A program made the translations under genes and the position numbers. This document shows positions 8,533 through 14,754 of a stretch of 32,000 bases of DNA, in pieces. Numbering within the stretch: the first letter of the stretch is position 1; the number at the start of each line of letters is the position of its first letter. The DNA lies in assembly GCF_000012905.2 (NCBI RefSeq), contig NC_007493.2, forward strand, positions 2,100,001 through 2,132,000, read 5' to 3'. This stretch comes from Cereibacter sphaeroides 2.4.1 (lineage in GTDB: Bacteria; Pseudomonadota; Alphaproteobacteria; Rhodobacterales; Rhodobacteraceae). The notes under the pieces were generated by a model, which saw only the letters and a program-made list of their open reading frames with translations, was not told the origin of the DNA and did no database searches.

Positions 8533-9830
8533 ACCTGCTCTATGCCAACGACCGGCCGGGGGAATATCCCGGCTCGTGGTACGCCGAGACGGCGGCGGAG
8601 CTTGCCCCATTCCCCGCCCTCGCGGGCGAGGTGCGGGCGGATGTCTGCGTGGTGGGCGGAGGCTATACCGGGCTCTCCACCGCGCTGCATCTGGCGGAGC
8701 GCGGCTATTCCGTGGTGCTGCTCGAGGCCCATCGGATGGGCTTCGGCGCCTCGGGGCGCAACGGCGGACAGGTGGGCTCGGGCCAGCGGCTCGAGCAGGA
8801 AGAGCTCGAGGCGATGGTGGGCCTCGGGGATGCGCGCAAGCTCTGGGAGCTGGGCGAGGAGGCGAAGGCGCTGGTGCGCGGGCTGATCGCGCGCCACGAC
8901 ATGCCGGTCACCTTTCAAGCGGGCATTGCGCATGCCTGCCGCAAAGTCTCGGAAGTGGCCCATTCCCACGCCTACGCCGAGAAGCTCGCGCGCGATTACG
9001 GCTACGACCGGATCGAGCCGCTCGACCGCGACGGCATCCGCCGGCTGATCGGCTCGGACGCCTATGTGGGCGGCGACATCGACCGCGGCGCGGGCCATCT
9101 CCATCCGCTGAACTTCGCGATCGGCCTCGCACGGGCCTGCGATGCGGCGGGCGTCCGCCTGCACGAGCAGAGCCTCGTGACCCGGATCGTTCACGGAGCG
9201 GAGCCCGCAGTCGAGACGGATCGGGGCCGCGTGCGCGCACGCTGGGTGGTGCTCGGCGCGAACGGCTATCTGGGTGGGCTCGAACCCTCGGTGGCGGCGC
9301 GGGTCATGCCGATCAACAATTTCATCCTGGCAACCGAGCCGCTCGGGGCGCGGGCGGCCGATGTGCTCGCCGAGCCCGTTGCCGTCGCCGACACCCGCTT
9401 CGTCGTGAACTACTGGCGCCTGTCCGAGGACGGGCGGCTTCTCTTCGGCGGCGGCGAGAGCTACGGCTACCGCTTTCCGGACATCGCGCGCACCGTGCGG
9501 AAGCCGATGCTCGAGGTCTATCCGCAGCTCCGGGATGTGGCGATCACCCATGCCTGGGGCGGCACGCTCGCCATCACCATGAACCGGATGCCCTGCTTCG
9601 CCCGGGTGGCGCCCAATGTGCTTTCGGCCTCGGGCTATTCGGGGCACGGCGTGGCGATGGCGACGCTTGCGGGGCGGTTGATGGCCGAGGCGGTGGCGGG
9701 TCAGGCCGAACGGTTCGACCTGATGGCCGCGCTGCCCCAGCCGCGCTTCCCCGGCGGGGCGGCCCTGCGCTGGCCGGTGCTGGTGCTGGCGATGAGCTGG
9801 TATGCGATGCGGGACCGGCTCGGGATCTGA
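8529..9830 (+). CDS. FAD-dependent oxidoreductase (DAO family; PuuB-like gamma-glutamyl-amine oxidase)
   Basis: 433 aa. The N-terminal Rossmann motif VCVVGGGYTGLSTALHLAERGYSVVLLE is present. Its ATG overlaps the upstream stop (ATGA), implying translational coupling. Confidence 0.8.
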   Translation: MNLLYANDRPGEYPGSWYAETAAELAPFPALAGEVRADVCVVGGGYTGLSTALHLAERGYSVVLLEAHRMGFGASGRNGGQVGSGQRLEQEELEAMVGLGDARKLWELGEEAKALVRGLIARHDMPVTFQAGIAHACRKVSEVAHSHAYAEKLARDYGYDRIEPLDRDGIRRLIGSDAYVGGDIDRGAGHLHPLNFAIGLARACDAAGVRLHEQSLVTRIVHGAEPAVETDRGRVRARWVVLGANGYLGGLEPSVAARVMPINNFILATEPLGARAADVLAEPVAVADTRFVVNYWRLSEDGRLLFGGGESYGYRFPDIARTVRKPMLEVYPQLRDVAITHAWGGTLAITMNRMPCFARVAPNVLSASGYSGHGVAMATLAGRLMAEAVAGQAERFDLMAALPQPRFPGGAALRWPVLVLAMSWYAMRDRLGI

Positions 9831-9844
9831 GAGCGCGCGCGGGT

Positions 9845-9906
9845 GGAACGGCCGGGGGGCTGTCTGCCCCCCGGACCCCCCGAGGATGTTTTTCCAGAGT
9901 GAGTGG
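9845..9906 (+). repeat. Intergenic hairpin-plus-tail element, copy A
   Basis: GGAACggCCGGGGGGCtgtctGCCCCCCGGACCCCCCGAGGATgtTTttCCAGAGTGAgtg. It aligns with copies B, C and D. It has a 9-bp G/C stem (9852-9860 / 9866-9874) and lies 15 nt after the oxidase stop. Confidence 0.8.
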
Positions 9907-9939
9907 AGCTGAGGCCTGCATGAGCGCCGGGCTTTCGAG

Positions 9940-9995
9940 GCTTGGGGCTTGGGGCTTGGGGCTTGGGGCTTGGGGCTTGGGGCTTGGGGCTTGGG
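9940..9995 (+). repeat. Perfect heptanucleotide microsatellite (GCTTGGG)x8, i.e. (GGGGCTT)n, with G-quadruplex potential
   Basis: Counted base by base: eight uninterrupted 7-nt units give seven GGGG runs plus one GGG run, separated by CTT loops on the + strand. Confidence 0.95.
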
Positions 9996-10074
9996 AGAAG
10001 CTGTCTCGCTGGCGCCTCGCACCGAAAGGATCTTCGAGGCAGGACAGTCTCTTTCGAAGGATCGGCCTCGGGTG

Positions 10075-10103
10075 TTGAACCCGCCCGGAGCGGCCGTTAG
10101 CCT
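10075..10103 (+). promoter_or_regulatory. Candidate sigma70-type promoter for the transaminase gene (TTGAAC-N17-TAGCCT)
   Basis: Hexamers at 10075-10080 and 10098-10103 have a 17-nt spacer, about 30 nt upstream of ATG 10134. This is a motif match only. Confidence 0.3.
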
Positions 10104-10133
10104 TCTCCGATCATCCTTCAGGGAGTGTTTGAC

Positions 10134-11501
10134 ATGCGTGACGATGCACCGAATTCCTGGGAGTCGCGGGCCGACGCCTCTTCCTTCTACGGCTTCACCG
10201 ATCTGCCCTCGGTGCACCAGCGCGGGACGGTCGTGCTGACCCACGGCAAGGGGCCCTACATCTACGACGTGCACGGGCGCGCCTATCTCGACGCGAACTC
10301 GGGCCTCTGGAACATGGTCGCGGGCTTCGATCATCCGGGGCTGATCGAGGCTGCCAAGGCGCAGTACGAGCGCTTCCCCGGCTATCATGCCTTTTTCGGG
10401 CGGATGTCGGACCAGACGGTCATGCTGAGCGAGAAGCTGGTCGAGGTCTCGCCCTTCGCGCGGGGCCGGGTCTTCTACACCAACTCCGGCTCCGAGGCGA
10501 ACGACACGATGGTCAAGATGCTCTGGTTCCTCGGCGCGGCCGAGGGCCACCCGGAGCGGCGCAAGATCATCACCCGCGTGAACAGCTATCACGGCGTGAC
10601 CGCCGTCTCGGCCTCGATGACCGGCAAGCCCTACAACAGTCTCTTCGGGCTGCCGCTGCCGGGCTTCATCCATGTGGGCTGCCCGCATTACTGGCGCTTC
10701 GGGCAGGCGGGCGAGACCGAGGCCGAGTTCACCCAGCGGCTTGCGCGCGAGCTCGAGGCCACCATCATCAAGGAAGGCCCGGACACGATCGCGGGCTTCT
10801 TCGCCGAGCCGGTGATGGGTGCCGGTGGGGTGATCCCGCCCTCCGAGGGCTATTTCCAGGCGGTCCAGCCGGTGCTGAAGCGCTACGGCATCCCGCTCAT
10901 CGCCGACGAGGTGATCTGCGGCTTCGGGCGCACGGGCAACACCTGGGGCTGCCAGACCTACGATTTCATGCCCGACGGGATCATCAGCTCGAAGAACATC
11001 ACCGCGGGCTTCTTCCCGATGGGCGCGGTGATCCTCGGGCCGGAGCTGGCCGACCGGCTGCAGGCCGCTTCGGAAGCGGTCGAGGAATTCCCGCATGGGT
11101 TCACCGCGAGCGGCCATCCGGTCGGCTGCGCCATCGCGCTGAAGGCCATCGATGTGGTGATGAACGAGGGGCTGGCCGAGAATGTCCGCGCCCTCACGCC
11201 GAAATTCGAGGCGGGGCTCGCCTATCTGGCCGAGAACCCGAACATCGGCGAATGGCGCGGCAAGGGGCTGATGGGGGCGCTGGAAGCGGTGAAGGACAAG
11301 GCCACCAAGACCCCCTTCCCGGGCGACCTCTCGGTGTCGGAGCGGATTGCCAACAGCTGCACCGACCATGGGCTGATCTGCCGGCCGCTCGGCCAGTCGA
11401 TCGTGCTCTGCCCGCCCTTCATCATGACGGAGGCGCAGATGGACGAGATGTTCGAGAAGCTGGGCGCCGCGCTGAAGAAGGTCTTCGCCGAAGTCGCCTG
11501 A
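10134..11501 (+). CDS. Class-III (omega) aminotransferase, amine:pyruvate transaminase type
   Basis: From memory, long stretches match the Vibrio fluvialis-type omega-TA: FYGFTDLPSVHQRGTVV, YLDANSGLWNMVAGFDH, AKAQYERFPGYHAFFGRMSDQTVMLSEKLVEVSPF, EVICGFGRTGNTWGC, SSKNITAGFFPMGAV and GFTASGHPVGCAIALKAIDVVMNEGLAENV. GGGAG sits 9 nt before ATG 10134; the track start GTG 10125 is rejected. Confidence 0.9.
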   Translation: MRDDAPNSWESRADASSFYGFTDLPSVHQRGTVVLTHGKGPYIYDVHGRAYLDANSGLWNMVAGFDHPGLIEAAKAQYERFPGYHAFFGRMSDQTVMLSEKLVEVSPFARGRVFYTNSGSEANDTMVKMLWFLGAAEGHPERRKIITRVNSYHGVTAVSASMTGKPYNSLFGLPLPGFIHVGCPHYWRFGQAGETEAEFTQRLARELEATIIKEGPDTIAGFFAEPVMGAGGVIPPSEGYFQAVQPVLKRYGIPLIADEVICGFGRTGNTWGCQTYDFMPDGIISSKNITAGFFPMGAVILGPELADRLQAASEAVEEFPHGFTASGHPVGCAIALKAIDVVMNEGLAENVRALTPKFEAGLAYLAENPNIGEWRGKGLMGALEAVKDKATKTPFPGDLSVSERIANSCTDHGLICRPLGQSIVLCPPFIMTEAQMDEMFEKLGAALKKVFAEVA

Positions 11502-11519
11502 CCTCCCGCATGAGGGAAA

Positions 11520-11550
11520 GGGCTCCGCAGTCGCCTGCGGAGCCCTTTTT
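11520..11550. terminator. Bidirectional Rho-independent terminator between the transaminase gene and phaR
   Basis: GGGCTCCGCAG-tcgc-CTGCGGAGCCC, an 11-bp perfect stem, is followed by TTTTT on the + strand and preceded by AAAG, which gives a short T stretch on the - strand. Confidence 0.75.
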
Positions 11551-11563
11551 CACTTGCGCCCGG

Positions 11564-12118
11564 TCAGAGCTTCGAGAGCTTCTTCTGAAGCTCGGCCAGC
11601 TGCTTGCGGATCTGTGCCAGTTCCTCGGCGCTGCCCGCCTCGGCCGCAGGCTCTTCCTTGGGGGCCACGGTCGCGCCCCAGCCCGGCAGCGCCATCATGG
11701 CTTTCAGGAAAGCCTCCTGCTGCTTCCGCATCGCCTCGAAGCCCGGCACGCCCGCCATCGGGCCTATCTGGGTGAAGTTCTCCATCATCTTCGACTGGCC
11801 GGTGCGCAGCATCTCGAACGAAGCGGCGAGGAACTGCGGCACGACCGACTGGACCTCGGTCGTGTAGCTGCGGACGAGATCGGTCAGCACGCCCAAGGGC
11901 AGCACATTGTCGCCCTTCGACTCATGTTCGGCGATGATCTGGAGGAGATATTGCCGGGTCAGGTCGTCGCCGGACTTCAGATCGATGATCTGCACCTCGC
12001 GACCGGCGCGGATGAAGCCCGCGATATCCTCGAGGGTCACATAGTCGCTGGTCTCGGTGTTGTAGAGGCGCCGGCTGGCATAGCGCTTGATCAGCAACGG
12101 CTTGTCAGTCTCGGCCAT
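11564..12118 (-). CDS. phaR: Polyhydroxyalkanoate synthesis repressor PhaR
   Basis: The N-terminus ...LIKRYASRRLYNTETSDYVTLEDIAGFIRAGREVQIIDLKSGDDLTRQYLLQII is the canonical PhaR DNA-binding region. I take ATG 12118 (MAETDKP...) rather than the track's GTG 12124. Confidence 0.9.
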   Translation of the reverse strand: MAETDKPLLIKRYASRRLYNTETSDYVTLEDIAGFIRAGREVQIIDLKSGDDLTRQYLLQIIAEHESKGDNVLPLGVLTDLVRSYTTEVQSVVPQFLAASFEMLRTGQSKMMENFTQIGPMAGVPGFEAMRKQQEAFLKAMMALPGWGATVAPKEEPAAEAGSAEELAQIRKQLAELQKKLSKL

Positions 12119-12135
12119 ACCCACCCCGTCGGTTT

Positions 12136-12151
12136 TTCTGCGGCTGCAGAA
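12136..12151 (-). promoter_or_regulatory. PhaR-box-like palindrome upstream of phaR (TTCTGC-GGCT-GCAGAA, 4-nt spacer)
   Basis: Perfect 6-bp arms lie 18 nt upstream of the phaR ATG. The CTGC/GCAG half-sites are the same as in the phaP boxes, but the spacer is N4 instead of N3. Confidence 0.45.
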
Positions 12152-12171
12152 GAGACTAGGGCACGGTCGAT

Positions 12172-12203
12172 CAAAAAGAAAGGGCGGGCTGACAGCCCGC
12201 CCC
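12172..12203 (-). terminator. Rho-independent terminator of phaP
   Basis: The minus strand reads GGGCGGGCT-gtc-AGCCCGCCC followed by TTTCTTTTTG. It begins about 40 nt after the phaP stop. Confidence 0.7.
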
Positions 12204-12244
12204 GCGCATCCGCCCTGGGAGGATATTGGACGCGCGGCCCCGGC

Positions 12245-12694
12245 TCACTTCGCCGGAGCAGTGGCTTTCTTGGCAGCCGTGGTCACGTCGGTCGTGGCCT
12301 TCTTGACGGCGGCGGTCGCGTCGTCCTGCATGTCCTTGCCGGCGGCCAGCATCAGCTCGACCGTTTCCATCTGCACCTTCTTCGCCACTTCGGCGAAGGC
12401 GGCGAGGTTCTCGGCGGCCATCTCGGCAGCGGCCGACGCGAAGTCGGTCGCGGCCTTGGTGTATTCGGTCGGCTCGGACTTGGCCTTGGCGAGGTCGCCG
12501 AAGCGGGCGATCGTGTCCTTGGCCCATTTCGCGGTGATCTCGGTCGATTTCTCGGCGGCCTCGAGAGTCACTTTCGACATCTTCTCGGCCATCGCAGCCT
12601 GGGTCTTGAACGCGTTCTGCATCGCCGACGCGTCCACCGGGAACGCGGCCATCATGTCCTGCATCACTTTGCTGAAGTCGGGGGTCTTGGTCAT
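12245..12694 (-). CDS. phaP: Phasin (PHB granule-associated protein) PhaP
   Basis: Ala/Lys/Glu-rich helical protein with MQNAFKTQAAMAEKMSKVTLEAAEKS, typical of alphaproteobacterial phasins, located between phaC and phaR. ATG 12694 (MTKTPDF...) has GGAGAC 7 nt upstream. Confidence 0.85.
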   Translation of the reverse strand: MTKTPDFSKVMQDMMAAFPVDASAMQNAFKTQAAMAEKMSKVTLEAAEKSTEITAKWAKDTIARFGDLAKAKSEPTEYTKAATDFASAAAEMAAENLAAFAEVAKKVQMETVELMLAAGKDMQDDATAAVKKATTDVTTAAKKATAPAK

Positions 12695-12742
12695 TGCCTT
12701 GTCTCCTGCGAGCGGGCTCATGCCCGGTTATCCTGTGACAAG

Positions 12743-12771
12743 GATATAAATGCTGCGCCGCAGAAAATCAA
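12743..12771 (-). promoter_or_regulatory. Candidate phaP promoter TTGATT-N17-TATATC (minus strand)
   Basis: The -35 hexamer is at 12766-12771 and the -10 at 12743-12748 (reverse complement), with an exact 17-nt spacer. It lies in the most AT-rich patch of the spacer, and one PhaR box sits inside the promoter spacer. Confidence 0.55.
12753..12763 (-). promoter_or_regulatory. PhaR operator box 1 (CTGC-GCC-GCAG)
   Basis: An 11-bp palindrome at -59 to -69 from the phaP ATG. It matches the CTGC-N3-GCAG PhaR recognition sequence I recall being reported for R. sphaeroides PhaR. Confidence 0.7.
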
Positions 12772-12780
12772 CCGCTCATT

Positions 12781-12791
12781 CTGCACCGCAG
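12781..12791 (-). promoter_or_regulatory. PhaR operator box 2 (CTGC-ACC-GCAG)
   Basis: An 11-bp palindrome at -87 to -97 from the phaP ATG. Its flanks (TTCTGCaccGCAGCAT) are the inverted image of box 1 (ATGCTGCgccGCAGAA). Confidence 0.7.
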
Positions 12792-12847
12792 CATTTTTTC
12801 GCACCTGGCCCGAAACGCCTTGCGTTGCGGCCGTCTGGGCTTCGGCT

Positions 12848-14653
12848 TCAAGCCCCGCCCACCGCCGCCACATAGGATCCGGGCGCCGGCGCGAGCTCGG
12901 GATGTTTCGAATCGCCCGGCTGGCGCGCCGGGACCTGCTTGCCCGATCGCTCGGCGAGCCAGGCGCCCCAGCGCGGCCACCAGGAGCCCGCGTGGAACTC
13001 GGCCCCCTCCCGGAACGACTCCGGCGTGCCGGCCGGGCCCTCGTTGGTGTAATGGCCGTATTTGTTGCGGCTGGGCGGGTTCACGATGCCCGCCACATGG
13101 CCCGATTGAGAGAGAATGAAGGTCTTGTCGGTCGAGCCGAACTGACGGAAGCCGTTGAAGCTGCTTTTCCACGGCGCGATATGGTCGGTCTCGCAGGCGA
13201 TGGCGCAGACGGGAAGCGTCACATCCTTCAGCCCCACGGGCGAGCCCAGCACCGGGAAGGTGCCGCCCGCCAGCCGGTCCTGCTGGCACAGGCCACGCAG
13301 GTATTCGACCGCCATCTGCGCCGGCAGGTTGGTGCCGTCTCCGTTCCAGTAGAGCAGGTCGAAGGCCGGCGGCGCCTCGCCCATCATGTAGCTCTTGATC
13401 GCCGGCTGATAGATCAGGTCGTTCGACCGCAGATAGCTGAAGGTGCGCGACATGAAGGTCTTGTCGAGGATCCCGTCCACCGCCACCTGCCGCTCGATCC
13501 CGTCGACGAAATCGTCGTTGAGGAACACCCCCACCTCACCCGGGTCCGAAAAGTCGGTGAGCGTGGTGAAGAAGGTGGCCGAGCGTACGGACGGATCGCC
13601 CGCCTTCTGCAGGTGCGCCAGCGTCAGCGTGAGCGTGGTGCCCGCGATGCAATAGCCTACCGCGTTGATCTGCTTCTGCCGGGTGATCGAGCGCACCTCG
13701 GCCATGGCGCGCATGTAGCCTTCGCGGATGTAGTCGTCCATGCCGATGCCGGCATAGCTCTTGTCGGGGTTCACCCACGAGACGACGAAGACCGTGAAGC
13801 CCTGATCCACCAGCCACTTCAGCAGGGAATTCTGCGGCTTGAGGTCGAGGATGTAGAACTTGTTGATCCAGGGCGGAAAGATCAGCAGCGGCGTCTCGTG
13901 GACCGTCTCGGTCGTGGGCTTGTACTGGATCAGCTCGAACATGCGGTTGCGGTAGACGACCGACCCTTCGGTGGTGGCGAGGTTCTGCCCCACCTGAAAG
14001 GCCTCGGGGTCGGCCAGCGTGACGAGCAGATCGCCGTTGTTGGCCTCGATGTCGCGCACGAGATTCTCCAGCCCCTGCACCAGGCTCTCGCCGTCGGTGG
14101 CGATGGCGCGTTCGAGCGCGTCGGGATTGGTGCCGAAGAAGTTCGTGGGCGAGAAAAGATCGACGATCTGGCGCGAGAAATATTCGACCCGCTTCTTGTC
14201 GGACGGCTCGATATGCTCCAGCGCCTCGACGGCCTGATTCACCGCCTCGGCGTTCATCAGATACTGCTGCTTGAGATAGTTGAAGAAGGGATGCGTCTGC
14301 CAGAGCGGGTTCGAGAAGCGGCGGTCCTTCGGCGTCACGTCCGGCGGCGGCTTCAGCTCGCCCTTCACCAGCTGGTGCTGAGCCTCGACGTAATGTTTCA
14401 GGCTCTTGCCCCAGAAACTGATCTGATGCTCGAGGATCTTGGCCGGGTTCTGCATCATCTCGGCCATGTAGGCCGTCATCGCCTTCAGGAAGACGTCGCC
14501 CGAGGGCCCGTGCAGCGCGGGGTCCGACAGTTTGCGCTTCGTGAGAGCGGCCGTCAGCCGTTTCGACAGCTCGTCGATGCGGGTGAGATTCGCGTTCAGA
14601 CGCTCGAACTGAGCGTCACGGCCGGAACCCGGAGACTGCTCTTCGGTTGCCAT
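12848..14653 (-). CDS. phaC: Class I poly(3-hydroxyalkanoate) synthase PhaC
   Basis: 601 aa from ATG 14653 (MATEEQSPGSG...). It has the lipase-box-like active site GYCIAGT with catalytic Cys, plus PPWINKFYILDL and SGHVAGIVNPP motifs. The track start at 14728 adds 25 unsupported residues. Confidence 0.95.
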   Translation of the reverse strand: MATEEQSPGSGRDAQFERLNANLTRIDELSKRLTAALTKRKLSDPALHGPSGDVFLKAMTAYMAEMMQNPAKILEHQISFWGKSLKHYVEAQHQLVKGELKPPPDVTPKDRRFSNPLWQTHPFFNYLKQQYLMNAEAVNQAVEALEHIEPSDKKRVEYFSRQIVDLFSPTNFFGTNPDALERAIATDGESLVQGLENLVRDIEANNGDLLVTLADPEAFQVGQNLATTEGSVVYRNRMFELIQYKPTTETVHETPLLIFPPWINKFYILDLKPQNSLLKWLVDQGFTVFVVSWVNPDKSYAGIGMDDYIREGYMRAMAEVRSITRQKQINAVGYCIAGTTLTLTLAHLQKAGDPSVRSATFFTTLTDFSDPGEVGVFLNDDFVDGIERQVAVDGILDKTFMSRTFSYLRSNDLIYQPAIKSYMMGEAPPAFDLLYWNGDGTNLPAQMAVEYLRGLCQQDRLAGGTFPVLGSPVGLKDVTLPVCAIACETDHIAPWKSSFNGFRQFGSTDKTFILSQSGHVAGIVNPPSRNKYGHYTNEGPAGTPESFREGAEFHAGSWWPRWGAWLAERSGKQVPARQPGDSKHPELAPAPGSYVAAVGGA

Positions 14654-14674
14654 ATTGACTTGTCCCCCCTGTGT

Positions 14675-14691
14675 ATGCTGCCATGCAGCAT
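14675..14691. promoter_or_regulatory. Extended PhaR-box-like palindrome in the phaC/phaZ divergent spacer (ATGCTGC-CAT-GCAGCAT)
   Basis: Perfect 7-bp arms with a 3-nt spacer contain CTGC-N3-GCAG. The site lies 22 nt upstream of the phaC ATG and 64 nt upstream of the phaZ ATG. Confidence 0.5.
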
Positions 14692-14754
14692 CGTGCGCCT
14701 GCCTCTGGGGGGAGAACTGCAGGAACACAGCGCCTCCACCGGGCAGGGATACCT

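Noticed and set aside
9940-9995. Tandem repeat considered as a possible CRISPR array.
   Set aside because: The units are 7 nt and directly abutting, with no spacers. No cas genes or leader are in the window. It is a microsatellite.
9949-10239. 96-aa ORF starting inside the heptamer array (MGLGAWGLGLGAWGLG...). The minus-strand reading SPKPQAPSPKPQ is a similar case.
   Set aside because: The periodic peptide is just the translation of the 7-nt repeat cycling through all three frames. There is no Shine-Dalgarno, and the ORF runs into the transaminase gene out of frame.
14655-14660. TTGACT hexamers at 14655-14660 (phaZ side) and 16909-16914 (thrS side), considered as -35 boxes.
   Set aside because: No acceptable -10 (TAnnnT) lies at 16-18 nt spacing in either case, so I do not call promoters there.
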